DNA of 64,000 nucleotides from Antedon mediterranea. Taxonomy: Eukaryota; Animalia; Echinodermata. The stretch lies in the NCBI RefSeq assembly GCF_964355755.1, contig NC_092675.1:3901812-3965811 (forward strand), written 5' to 3'. Shown piece after piece: positions 13,600-27,400 of the stretch; position 1 is the first letter of the stretch, and every line of letters starts with the position of its first letter. A model generated the notes under the pieces. That model saw only the letters and a program-made list of their open reading frames with translations, was not told where the DNA came from and made no database searches. Position numbers and translations under genes: made by a program.

Positions 13600-14640
13600 T
13601 AAGACTTTGGTATAATGATTATTGTTATAATGATAACAATGATTGTGATACTCAAATTTATATAAGTAACAAGGGGTTACACGGACCTAAAGAACGCCAT
13701 CTACATACACATATAGATTATGATGGCACAAATCTTAAAGTACAGCTTATTCAAATAGGGGAAAAAAGACAGATTTAATTATATTTCCTTTATATACAGT
13801 ATCTTTGAATTCTATAAATAATCCTAATTTAAAGGAAAATTGGAACAGCTTTTAATTTTGGTTGTTTCCTATTTACAAGATATTTGACTACATTTTTGCA
13901 AATGTATTCAAATGATATATTAAACTTTTGAGCAATTTAGGTGAGCAGAATTATTAAACTAAATACATAAATAGATAATATTAATATTTACAAGAAAGTT
14001 TAAACATGTGCATGACTAAATTCTACTTGTTTTGGAAGAGTGAAATATTCAATCTCTCTCTTCCCTGGTATTTTATGATTTTTTGCAATATATTAATACA
14101 AAATAAATAAATATGTATAACAATTATGTAAATATATAAGGTTTTTATTTATTACATGTGATATTAATTTCAAATGCATATTTTCATAAGCCTTAATAAT
14201 CTTAAATATTGATCTTGAATTTAAAACCCATCATTGTCTAGACATTTTTATCAGCACAATTTATGAAATGACATCTTAGATTTATTAATTTTTTAAAATT
14301 GAAAATTATATATATAACTAAATAAAATGTATAGCTGATTTGAATCTTCTACGAACATTAAATTGTAGAACTCTTTAGTAGGTTAAACTTGGTAAATTAT
14401 TCAACAGAAAGGAAATAATGGTAGGAACAGAATATTTGAAAATAATATTGCACATGATTTAATATACCAATCCAGGTTAAAATGATCATATAACAATAAT
14501 TATATTTTTACAATCGTATAACATTATACTATACTGATATAATAATGAATATTTATGATAAATGAAGAAATGGAGAAACATTGACTGTTCCATTCAATGA
14601 GTCAATCTGATAGGAATGATACACTTACTTTATGTGTGTT

Positions 14641-14906
14641 ATGATACAATGATAATAATGATGATGAAACAATGATAATAATGATGATGAAACAATGATA
14701 ATAATGATGATGAAACAATGATAATAATGATGATGAAACAATGATAATAATGATGATGATACAATGATAATAATGATGATGAAACAATGATAATAATGAT
14801 GATGATACAATGATAATAATGATGATGAAACAATGATAATAATGATGATGAAACAATGATAATAATAATGATGATACAATGATAATAATGATGATGAAAC
14901 AATGAT
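14641..14906. repeat. Minisatellite, 23-bp unit (A/T)ACAATGATAATAATGATGATGA x about 11.5
   Basis: Period 23, e.g. AACAAT at 14668 and 14691. Confidence 0.95.
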
Positions 14907-14919
14907 ATTCTTTTATTAT

Positions 14920-15390
14920 AATTATTAGTCATGAATATAATGATCATAATTCAATATTCATATTAAGAATATGATAGAAATGAATATTCATATTATAATA
15001 ATTAATACTCAATGTATGAATGATGATTGAAATATATATACCTATGATGATTATAATTAATATTCATAGTATGAATGATATAATATAGTATAAATGATGA
15101 TCACAATAATTCATAGTATTAAAAATGATCATATATAAATAATGATACATTTATGAATAATGATTAAAATAATTAATATTCATACTATGAATAATGATCA
15201 CAATAAATATTCATATTATAAATAATGATCATAATAATTAATATTCATAGCATGAATAATGATCATAATCAATATTCATATGATAAATGATCATGATTCA
15301 TAGTATGAAAAGTGATATATAAATAATGATCATAATAATTAATATTTATAGCATAAATGATCGTAATAATTATTATTCATATTATGAATA
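14920..15390. repeat. Degenerate AT-rich tandem repeat (ATGATCATAATAATTAATATTCATAGTATGA-like)
   Basis: The motifs AATATTCATA and ATGATCATAAT recur at irregular 30-40 bp spacing. Confidence 0.7.
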
Positions 15391-16003
15391 CAGCTTAAAA
15401 CATCTAATGTCTCAGGTAATTTTTCATCCATCATTTCACTGTTCACATCAAAAAATGTAATATAAATTACAATTCTGTTTTCCTTAATGTATAAGAGCAT
15501 TCAACAAATTCCACTCCGAATTAATAATCATCAACATCACTACAGTAAATTGTATGCACATTAACCGTTGAATTCCGATCTTTTCCTTCAATTTTCTGTC
15601 AAGATTCTATTTTTGTTCATGAAATCACTCGTACACGGTAATCAACATATGTTTAACACGGCATCTATTTTGATTTTTGTACGCTTTGAAATACGTAAAT
15701 GATCGTAAAGAGGTCAAAATAGACTCCCATTATAGACATTGTAAACAATTTGACTTTAAATTTGGCCATGAACTACTATAGATTTGTTATTTTCTGTCTT
15801 GTCGTATCTTAAAGGGGAAGGGGTTTTGACATTCTTAAGATGACAAAAACGCATTTATCTTTTGATTTTTAGAAGATGGAGGTTAGTGGTAGTGCTTAAA
15901 TCTCTAATAATACAAGATGTAGATTTATGGTAAAAGCTATATGAAAAAAAACAAAGGCACTTAAAGAAAGAGATTGAAAACCAACACTTTTGAATGAAAG
16001 TAA

Positions 16004-16085
16004 TTGTTCAAATGCTTTCTTGTATTACTTTTAGTATTAGACTTGTTCAAATGCTTTCTTGTATTACTTTTAGTATTAGACTTGT
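16004..16085. repeat. 39-bp perfect tandem duplication
   Basis: TTGTTCAAATGCTTTCTTGTATTACTTTTAGTATTAGAC at 16004 and 16043, with TTGT microhomology after the second copy. Confidence 0.95.
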
Positions 16086-17729
16086 GAAATTCTAAGACTG
16101 GTATACATATGTATGCTGATAATTTGAGTCATTGTTTGGATTCAACACTTCAATTTTTCTCTTGTCATTAGGTCTAAATTTAAAACAAAACTGCACTTTA
16201 CATTTTAAAAGTAAGGTTCTACTTATTGTTTAACTAATCAACTAATCAACTAATTATATTATATATATTATATTATAACTGTAACAGGAAAATATTTACT
16301 AATAGTATTAAATAGTATACCTGGAATGACAGTCTGATAATCATGATAAAATCAATAACTCAGCTTAAAAACACTATTTCTGCAATTGGTGTCGTTTAGT
16401 AAAAAAATGCATTAATTAAAAATAAAACATTAAACTATTATTATAAACCATAGATTATTAGTATCAACATCATTTTTCACATTTTTTAAATGCAGTTTGA
16501 GATCTTAAAAATTAGATTGAAAAAATGTAGGGATAGGTCTTTCAGCAAAATACATTGCTACATGTAAATTCTCCTACAATTAAAATAAATTCAACATTAA
16601 TGATTATGTCATCATCAGAAATATAGAAAAAAATTGATGTTTTTGGACTTGGAGTTAATTTTATGGCATTAAACATACCATACCAATGATATCTATGAAG
16701 TACCATAGAACTAAATTCAATCTAATAGGTCTCCTGTCGCAACAAGACCTTTAATTCTCTTTGGATAAATAAAGAGTGTAATAGCCAACAACCTAACATT
16801 TTGCAGAGACAGTTTGTGTACGACAGTAGGATGTACGAAGAAATGATAATTTCCCTCAGGATTCTGAATTAATGAGAAACCTAAGAACAGAGCAGCTGAG
16901 ACGGAATTCGGCTTAGATTTGAACCTACTTACCACGCATGAAAGAAAGGCACTCAACCAATGCATCATAAATCAAGGTAAATTCATAATTGTGTTATCTA
17001 TTCGCATTATTTTCAATATAGAGCAAATATGGAATGGATGTTTACAACTAGATTACGAAGCAGAAACATAAAAAAATCAACGGTCTTCCTTTTAATTCCA
17101 GCGATAACCTTTAAAATGAGGCAACTAGGAGCTATTAAAATAAACTTAATTACATTTGATGATAAAATTCATCTTAACGAATGCAATAAAATAAAAATAC
17201 ACACGGACTATTTAAAGTACAGCATATTTATTCTAAATGTAAATTTTTTCTGTTTTATGTCTGTAACCATGATTAAAAATCCAAAGATAATATATTTATT
17301 ATAATTTAGTAATTATTTTTATACAATGTATTTTGATAAACATATGAAGTTTTCATTGGCTCATTAAATTAGGTTGACTCCAAATGAAATAGCTTACCCC
17401 CTCTATATAGAAAGGAAAGTTCAATATAAGTTCACTTGTGAGAGTTTTGGTTTTATATCCTGGCCTCTGTATCATCTTTTCTAAAATATTCAGCAATGTA
17501 TATATCTCTCCATAAAAGCATCTTACTTTTCAAACATTAAATTAAGTATTACCGTAGTATGGTTTGAGATAAAGAGAAAGAACCTGTCAAAACGTTATGG
17601 GTGCATTCAAACTTATTTAGTTATGGTACTCCAATTAAACTACAGTATGAAAGAATTCTACCTTTCAATCTATTTCATTATATACCGTACAAAGTTTTGT
17701 TTAGATTTTACTTCAATGGCACTACCACT

Positions 17730-19538
17730 ATAGCCTACCTTGCTTGTATACCAGTGTGTAGGCCCAGTAACTAATGCGGTCTAGGCCAAGCAACTAATGC
17801 GGTCTTTAATGAGCACTAGCCTACCTTGCTCGTATACTAGTGTATAGGCCAAGCAACTAATGCGGTCTTTAATGAGCACTAGCCTACCTTGCTCGTATAC
17901 CAGTGTATAGGCCAAGCAACTAATGCGGTCTAGGCCAAGCAACTAATGCGGTCTTTAATGAGCACTAGCCTACCTTACTCGTATACTAGTGTATAGGCCA
18001 AGTAACTAATGCGGTCTAGGCCCAGCTACTAATGCGGTCTTTAATGAGCACTAGCCTACCTTGCTCGTATACTAGTGTATAGGCCCAGTAACTAATGCGG
18101 TCTAGGCTAAGCAGCTAATGCGGTCTTTAATGAGCACTAGCCTACCTTATACTTGTATACTAGTGTATAGGCCCAGTAACTAATGCGGTCTTTAATGAGC
18201 ACTAGCCTACCTTACTCGTATACTAGTGTATAGGCCAAGTAACTAATGCGGTCTAGGCCAAGCAACTAATGCGGTCTTTAATGAGCACTAGCCTACCTTG
18301 CTCGTATACTAGTGTATAGGCCCAGTAACTAATGCGGTCTAGGCTAAGCAACTAATGCGGTCTTTAATGAGCACTAGCCTACCTTGCTCGTATACTAGTG
18401 TATAGGCCAAGCAACTAATGCGGTCTTTAATGAGCACTAGCCTACCTTGCTTGTATACTAGTGTATAGGCCCAGTAACTAATGCGGTCTAGGCTAAGCAA
18501 CTAATGCGGTCTTTAATGAGCACTAGCCTACCTTGCTCGTATACTAGTGTATAGGCCAAGCAACTAGTGAGGTTTTTAATGAGCACTAGCCTACCTTACT
18601 CGTATACTAGTGTATAGGCCCAGTAACTAATGCGGTCTTTAATGAGCACTAGCCTACCTTACTTGTATACTAGTGTATAGGCCCAGTAACTAATGCGGTC
18701 TTGGCCTAGCTACTAATGCGGTCTTTAATGAGCACTAGCCTACCTTACTTGTATACTAGCGTATAGGCCCAGTAACTAATGCGGTCTTTAATGAGCACTA
18801 GCCTACCTTACTCGTATACTAGTGTATAGGCCAAGTAACTAATGCGGTCTAGGCCAAGCAACTAATGCGGTCTTTAATGAGCACTAGCCTACCTTACTCG
18901 TATACTAGTGTATAGGCCAAGTAACTAATGCGGTCTAGGCCCAGCTACTAATGCGGTCTTTAATGAGCACTAGCCTACCTTGCTCGTATACTAGTGTATA
19001 GGCCCAGTAACTAATGCGGTCTAGGCTAAGCAACTAATGCGGTCTTTAATGAGCACTAGCCTACCTTGCTTGTATACTAGTGTGTAGGCCCAGTAACTAA
19101 TGCGGTCTAGGCTAAGCAACTAATGCGGTCTTTAATGAGCACTAGCCTACCTTGCTTGTATACTAGTGTGTAGGCCCAGTAACTAATGCGGTCTTGGCCC
19201 AGCTACTAATGCGGTCTTTAATGAGCACTAGCCTACCTTACTTGTATACCAGTGTGTAGGCCCAGCAACTAATGCGGTCTTTAATGAGCACTAGCATACC
19301 TTGCTCGTATACTAGTGTATAGGCCAAGTAACTAATGCGGTCTAGGCCAAGCAACTAATGAGGTCTTTAATGAGCACTAGCCTACCTTGCTCGTATACTA
19401 GTGTGTAAGGCAAGCAACTAATGCGCTCTAGGCCCAGCTACTAATGCGGTCTTTAATGAGCACTACCCTATTTTTGTTTTTATGTTAGTGTATAGGCCAA
19501 GCAACTAATGCGGTCTTAATAAGCACTAGCCTACCTTA
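17730..19538. repeat. Minisatellite with interspersed 63-bp and 86-bp unit variants (23 units)
   Basis: The core is CTAGCCTACCTTGCTCGTATACTAGTGTATAGGCCAAGCAACTAATGCGGTCTTTAATGAGCA. Long units carry an extra 23-bp AGGCCAAGTAACTAATGCGGTCT. Confidence 0.97.
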
Positions 19539-20579
19539 TCTAATTAAAGAAATGCATGAGGATGATCATTTGAAATCAACAGTGGAATAATTATAGAAAA
19601 TGCGACTGCTGAAGGACAAACACAAGAGTCTTCCCATGGGATGTCGTGATGGCTGATTGTCAGAAATACACATTTTTGTAAATCTGGAATTTCTTTCTTT
19701 AATGTTTCTTACACACTTTACAGATTTGTGTATTCATAGTAAATTTTTCATTATTCTATGCATAGACACAGACATATTAAGTGAAAGTTGTGCAATAACT
19801 TTCTGAGATTAACGAATCCATCGTTGGCTTTACAATATTTATGTGAATTGATCAATCTTTATATTTGTTTTTGTCATATTGTCAATGATACGTTCTAAAA
19901 AATAATTGTTTAGCTATCGCTTGTTCTCATTAAAATACAAGTTTACCAAAGACCCTTTAATTAAGAGAAGAATAAGATCAGAAAATGGAATTAATTTGTA
20001 ATGTAATTTGATTCTTTTACCCTCTGGACAAAATCACAGTAGGCCTACTTTAATGCATTGAGCAAGTAGTTTGCACATGACAAACTTGGGCTACCACAAT
20101 TAATATTTATCCATGAATCCTCTACTTTAATTATATATACAACTTTCAATTAATTAGCCTATATATCTTGAAACCAGAAATGAATTAATTTAATGATATA
20201 TAACAGCCTTGAATTGATTAACCTGATTGGTTTACACACAGAAGTTGACAAAGTAACCATAAATCAATACATTTCTCAGCAGAAAAAAAAAGTAACAATA
20301 AACTGCGTACTAGCGTCAATATGTTTTGTACAATAACTTATATATCTACTTGGTGGCGTAACAATTTGTAAAATGTAATTAGAGGCATTGTTGGGTAACA
20401 CCCCTTAGCTGAGTGAGTGGTAAAGGGTTATCATAATGTTCTTAGTGCAATGTGATTTTTAATGTTTAGTCAAAAAATTTGAAAAAAAATGGATGCTTTT
20501 CAAATGGTGCTAGCCACTTTCTTCGAATTTTGTTCCTTCAAATGTTAACATTTCTACTAAGAAAATGAACCTGAACATC

Positions 20580-20700
20580 TAGTCTAATTTCAGCTTAGGG
20601 AGTGGAGTTGAAAGAGTTGTTAGTTACAACCCTGACACTTCGTCAGGATTGAACCCGGAACCTTGGGATTAGAAGGCAAGCGCCACCAAGCTACAGCTCC
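20580..20700 (-). mobile_element. tRNA-derived SINE 5' portion (tRNA-Arg(TCT)-like head)
   Basis: The minus strand reads GGAGCTGTAGCTTGGTGG (A box) CGCTTGCCTTCTAATCCCAAGGTTCCGGGTTCAATCCTG (B box). No intact acceptor stem. The 3' boundary is uncertain. Confidence 0.7.
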
Positions 20701-23700
20701 ACTACTGTTAAAATACACTCATAACTAATATTGTTTCAGAGACAGGATTTGAACCAACAAGCCTTAAACACAGCAATGTCACTTAACTTTAAATCATAAT
20801 TTAGAATATAGAAATTCATTAATTTTCTTGTGTTTTACTTCTAATTGTTCTCAGCTCATTCAAAGGCTATACATTCTCACCTTTAGCCTACCAAACATTA
20901 TTAATGTGACAGTGGTCAGATTGAAAACAAACATAAATGCTAAGACTATTAATTCAACTGCAATCATTAAAGATGAGCAAACATTAATGATGTGAAAACA
21001 TTAGTGATGAATGGGGTTATTTGCAAAGCATGTTCTATTTACGTTTATCAGTGTACATGTCCATCTTCACAAATGTACATTTACTTGGAAAATTTATTAC
21101 ACATATTATCGATGCTAATATTAATTTGATTGAGAAAAAACATTTTTGGTGTCTAGTTTCTATGATAGGTTTCTGTGTCGTAGTTTCTATCTGTTATGAG
21201 CTGACAATAGACATATTGCAGCCATGCAATATAATTTCACAATTGATTAAATCTCTGCGAGTGTAAAAGTGCACATGGTAATAAGAATACTTTTAATAAT
21301 ACTGTAATAATTTTTTTAATAAATTTGATTTTTTAGTTAGATACAAAAACACTACATTGATTAAAGTAAGAAAAAGTACAATGCTTTATCTAAAAATAAC
21401 TATGTAATCATGTCAAAATTCAAGGTTTATTAAAATGGTTTTATATCTCTAGGCTTTTATTTAGGTGTTAAAAAGAAAATACTAATAATATTTTAAGTTA
21501 GTTTGTATTTATTTCATTATAATCTAATAACGGAACAGCTTGATTTTTTAATAAATAAATACAAAATTTAAAAAATTAAATAAATAAAAATTAAGTAACC
21601 AAAGATGAAATATTCCATGGCAAACATTTATTTCTTAAAATCAACCATACATTCATTTTAAAACTATTAAATATATTTATCATAGCATCATCGTATAAGC
21701 ACACACTGTATTCTATAACTGTACAGATTTTTTTTTCCATTTAGAAAAGTAAAAATGTTCAAAACAACAATAAGGATAATATGACAATTGAGAAGCGAAG
21801 TAAGCACCTAAATGCTGTTAATAACAATGCTCAATTCATCCTTGAGGGTGAATATTTTGGATAACAATATGAATTTCAAGCCTTGAGGAATAATTATGTC
21901 TACCAGTGTAAATTGAATTACTCTTTGTCGATGCGCCAGTATAAATGTTGGTACTCTACGATGCTACATCCAATGTTCGTTATCAGTCCAAGGTTGTCTT
22001 ATGGTCTCACAGTAGCAATGCTTTCAGTGTTGTTATCGCAAAGATCAAAGAGAGAGTTATTTGTTGATGGGACAATGCTAGTCAAAGTAATTGCCTGTCA
22101 GGTTAATATCTTTCCACTTAACATATCAAAGGCAAAAGAAACCAGAAATTTATCTTATGTGATATCTTAACATATTAAACGTAGATGCAATGGAAATTTA
22201 TTAATGTTACTTTTCATTATCGGGAAATGTATATGAAATTCTAATTTTTGAGTTGAACAAGATGGCGCGATGGTAAGAAATCAGAGAGAAAATATCAGGC
22301 TGTGTTGTGTTGATTGTGTGATAAGAAAGATATGTTTATATCTTTGTTGCATCATTGTTGGTCCTGTGAAAAAAATTGGTATATTATAAAATAGGAAATT
22401 ACAAATATTTGGAAAAGATCAAGATCCCACAATGGAAATGTTGCTGTTTGTGTTTAGTGGATTATAGGCTTACAAAAGTGTTGTTGCCAGAGGGAAGAAA
22501 ATAACTCTTTGCTGGGATGGGATGTGTCTCCCCACTACCTCTTATCAGGCTACAGGCTTAAATTAAACAAGACATTTTACTCTCATTGCCACACACTTTT
22601 GTCCAATAGATGGTCACAAACTGTATTAACCAATTGTTAAATATAAAAGCCTCATTTCATACAACCTTTATTTCCATTAAAATAAAGGCATTACATTATC
22701 AATAATAACAATAAAGTATCAAAACATTAATGAAAATATCTACTTTGAAAAATCTATGTGGCTTATTAAAACAACACTGTCGTCGGTAATTGTCTCCCTA
22801 ATAACCAAACATCACTCATAAAAAGAATGATATATTTGCAAGAAATTAAATCAATATCACTTGTAATTATTCAAATGTGAATATAGAACACCTTAATGTT
22901 GATGAGAAAATGATTTACTAAGGTGAGAAATCTGACATTCTGAAGGATTTTGCCCCCAGGACAAAATGTCTTAAGGAAATGGGAACATGACTATTATGAA
23001 TTATGCTTTTACTGATTTCAACCAGGTAAGATGACAAGTGTGTGAGTCACAAAGTACTTTGACAAGGATTAAATAAGTATAATAATAATATTACATTATA
23101 TGTACTAATGAAAAAATAGTAAACCATTGGGTTAGTTGATGACAAGTACATGACTCACACATTAGTTTGGCTAGAATTAGATAAAGCAATAATCTTAATC
23201 TTAAAATTGCTACACAGCAATCGGTTTACTGGTTCTTTGACAGTCAGCTTTTAAACCGTTTACGGTTTTATGTCTGGACCAGAAAACTATAAAATAATTT
23301 TCTCCTAATCATAGAAACAGGTCTTTTCGTGAAGGAAAATTGTAAAGGACTGTAAAGGACCTAGTCCAAATGTCCTTGTTTATTTATTTCCTCTTTTAAA
23401 ATGTTATTAACAAAGAAACAGTAAAGTAATAGTGAATATTTAATGTTATTATTAATCTGTATCAATTAACTTCTACAAATACATTTAGTGATTATAAATG
23501 AGTAGGACCAAATTAATTAATTACAATCAATAAACCAATATTTACTATTGGTACAAATGATTTGTTAGATAAGCAATTACAATTATCATTTTATTTGCAC
23601 TAATAATAATAAGTACACTAATATAAAATATAGTATATCATGCAGCGCTCTCTATCGTTGTGACGTCACACCGTGATACTCTATATCATTGGATCATTAA

Positions 23701-23752
23701 ATGATAAATATATAAGATAATTATAAACCATGATACATTTTAAGTTGTCTTA

Positions 23753-23833
23753 AGTTCTTTCTATACTATCAAACTAACACAAAAAGTTTGATGTGCCCAA
23801 ATATGGTAGTGATATGCTTAAATATGGTAGTGA
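23753..23833. mobile_element. MITE family A truncated copy 4
   Basis: AGTTCTTTCTATACTATCAAACT..TGATGTGCCCAAATATGGTAGTGATATG. The second TIR is absent. Confidence 0.8.
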
Positions 23834-24352
23834 CAGAAGACAGGAGATGGTTTTAGAATACTGTTAGTGAAGCCACGCTCTGATCAGAGTTTGCTTTGAC
23901 GACGACGGAATAAAATATGTACAGATTAAAATGCATATACAGGATTTACAAAATACAAAAATAATAAGAGAATAAAATGCATCAGGTGTTCCCAGATGTT
24001 CCAAAATACAATTATTGAGATCAGGCAATATTGGAAAATAAAAGTGCCAGGTACTTTAGGCATTTAACATTAGTAAATTATTGAGTCACTAGTACATTAG
24101 AATAGGACCAAATTAATTAATTACAATCAATAAACCAATATTTACTATTGGTACAAATGATTTGTTAGATAAGCAATTACAATTATCATTTTATTTGCAC
24201 TAATAATAATAAGTACACTAATATAAAATATAGTATATCATGCAGCGCTCTCTATCGTTGTGACGTCACACCGTGATACTCTATATCATTGGATCATTAA
24301 ATGATAAATATATAAGATAATTATAAACCATGATACATTTTAAGTTGTCTTA

Positions 24353-24433
24353 AGTTCTTTCTATACTATCAAACTAACACAAAAAGTTTGATGTGCCCAA
24401 ATATGGTAGTGATATGCTTAAATATGGTAGTGA
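24353..24433. mobile_element. MITE family A truncated copy 5 (product of the 600-bp duplication)
   Basis: Identical to 23753-23833. Confidence 0.8.
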
Positions 24434-27400
24434 CAGAAGACAGGAGATGGTTTTAGAATACTGTTAGTGAAGCCACGCTCTGATCAGAGTTTGCTTTGAC
24501 GACGACGGAATAAAATATGTACAGATTAAAATGCATATACAGGATTTACAAAATACAAAAATAATAAGAGAATAAAATGCATCAGGTGTTCCCAGATGTT
24601 CCAAAATACAATTATTGAGATCAGGCAATATTGGAAAATAAAAGTGCCAGGTACTTTAGGCATTTAACATTAGTAAATTATTGAGTCACTAGTACATTAG
24701 AACTCTTGATAAATGACTCAGAGATACAAGGGTCATAGATTGATTCTTAGATTCACAACATAATTGAAATAAAAATAATAACAATCTTAGTAAAGTACAA
24801 CCCCACTTGCTAAGTGCACATTTTAATTATGCTGTCTAATAATAATTAGATGTGAAAACAAAAGTATAGAGGTGAAATGAAAAAGAAAATATTATGAATA
24901 TGATATGAATAAAGAGACTTCAACTTGTGGTAGTGTATACTCGTAATGTGGTATGGTTGAAATACTATGGTTGTTAATAATATTGTTGGTTGCCCAAATT
25001 ACATCCATTTTAATAGGTTAAGGACAATAATGCCCTATGAAAACCGCTCCCACTACACATTACAAATCCTGGATCCGCCGTTGATCCTAAAATCCATCCT
25101 AGGGTGAGTTGTTCTGTTGTAGCCTACAATAATGTCACAATTTAAACTAACATTACATGTTTTTTAAAACAGAATTGGTTCTAGACATTTTTTTCTAAAC
25201 TATTAACTATTGGTAATCAAAGGATTGTTGCCAATTCAAGAAGAAATACAAATATATTAATTACTAAATAATAAGATATTTTTGATAATTTTCTAATATT
25301 TGTAAAACTAGTAAAAACTGTTTAATGTGTTTCAAAATCTTTATACTGAAAATGCACTTTTTCCGACCAGACCTCAACCACTGCATGATAATTATCAATA
25401 GATACTTGAGGCTAATGAGGATCTTATAATATTTGAAATTTATGTTGAGATTTGGACATTAAAACGAGTTTGAATTGTTTAATCCTGATAATAGTTCATC
25501 ATGTTTATTGCAATAACTTGCGGTTCAACTACAAGTCATAAAAAATTGTTTATAGGCAATTTCCTCTGTCTTTTAATAACAGGGAATGATTATCATAATT
25601 ACTATACTTGCTATTTACACTAAGACACATAGGCTTTCTTTTGCATTGTCATAATTCCCAATGGGACACTTATTCCTGGCAATAACCAATTCAAAATAAT
25701 TTGATTCCATAATGAGACAAATTAAGGCAGCAAACTGAGAATAGTCTTAATATTATTATGGTAAACAGTACCATAACCTTATAATTAATTTTGTAAATTT
25801 AAGTTAATTTTTATTATCATTTAAAATCTTAGTATATTTAGGTAAAAATATTTGTTTGTTGTTAATCCTATGAATTAGGCTAAACTGTGTATCTAATAAT
25901 CCTTTACCTATATTGAGACAAAAAAATAATTTATTAGAAATCTAAGCCATGGAATACTACCAAGGGGATTTCACCAATAATTATTTATAGTAAATTTTAA
26001 ATCATTTTCAAATACTCATTGTAACTGATAAATATACAAATTATTTTTAGACAGTTTGATCCTTAATAGATTATGAATTAGTAGAACATTTATTACAGTT
26101 CAAAAAATATTATATTTCCATGATATTTTGCCTGCTTTTGGCAACAAAAAACGAAATGCAATTCAATTTTATTAGCTACTAATGTCATCAAAGGCAACAA
26201 CAAAAACATCAATGTTACAATCTTAAAGATTATGTCTTAAAGTTGTATACATTATTTATCGGTTGCTAAAATTTATTCATAAATATAAACACCAATGTCA
26301 TATAATATTAGTTTAACAACGAAAAAAAAACTTTTAATAATGTATTTTAACCTAGATGACAGTTTTGTGTATAATTTTATTTTGATTGATTATTTTCAAT
26401 TTTATTTATCCATAGAACTTGACCTGTTTTACAAATAATTATAATAAATTGTATTTTCTAATCTACCCTTCCCCACAGCCATCCATATTGTTCTGGTTAT
26501 ACCACTTTTGTAATAGGAAAATTAAATGATAATTTATCACATTTGTCTAATAGGCCATTTACTATTATTAGTTGTTGATTCTGCTTCAAGAAAGCTTTAA
26601 TTTATAAGAACACAATTCCATAAAGCTTAAAGAAAAATCTAAACAATGAATTTAAGCGATAAACAAGAGAAATAAATTAATGACATTCTTACAACCTAGC
26701 CCACAGTAAGGTGTTTGTGGCTTTGGTTACTATACCTCAATGAATGACTGATTTATTGACGATCAGCACTGACATGACATAACGATTTATTAACAGGTAT
26801 TGCAATTGTGTTCTTTAATGTATCAGCACAAACCATAATATGTGAACAAAACATAATGCCTGACAGGCTATTGTTGAAAATGATATGGTTGATGATATGC
26901 CAGATATACAGGAATATACGCTAGGTTGTAATCATCATTGGCATGGCAACCATGTAGCAAACTGACGGTAGCAAAATCAAGGTTTACCAGTTCAGAGATT
27001 GGAATCATAAAAGCGTGACATCATCAACCTTCTAAGCCCTCTTTTGACAAATCTATCCTGATCTTTGTTTGATTCTCGCACATTTGAAGATCTTTTTACC
27101 GATGCATTCAAGCATGAGATAATTTATCTTACTATCTCTATATTATCGCAAATATGTAGGTTTGTTTGCATTTATCAAAGGATTATAAAGGCAACTAGGA
27201 TTGCAGACATTTTCTAACATAATATATCGCCACATTGTATCGCATTTAATGTAAGTAACAATAACACCTTAACATCATATCTCTCATAATACATTGCATA
27301 TTAGTAATAAAAACACTTTTGTAACTGAATATTGTTATAAGAAAATAATCACAGAACTTGGTATTAAAGATAACAGCAAATATAGCATACAAAGCAATGT

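Larger units (their letters stand above)
23503..24702. repeat. Exact 600-bp tandem duplication (23503-24102 = 24103-24702)
   Basis: Line-by-line comparison shows no mismatch, and there is no junction microhomology. Confidence 0.98.

Noticed and set aside
17730-19538. CRISPR-like regular array
   Set aside because: There are no unique spacers and no cas genes, and the context is eukaryotic. The whole unit is repeated.
20491-20512. Minus-strand TAGCACCATTTGAAA, matching the first 15 nt of miR-29 family miRNAs
   Set aside because: The 3' part diverges and no complementary arm forms a precursor hairpin.
20630-20700. Functional tRNA gene
   Set aside because: The D arm is shortened and the acceptor and anticodon stems pair poorly, so it is better explained as a SINE head.
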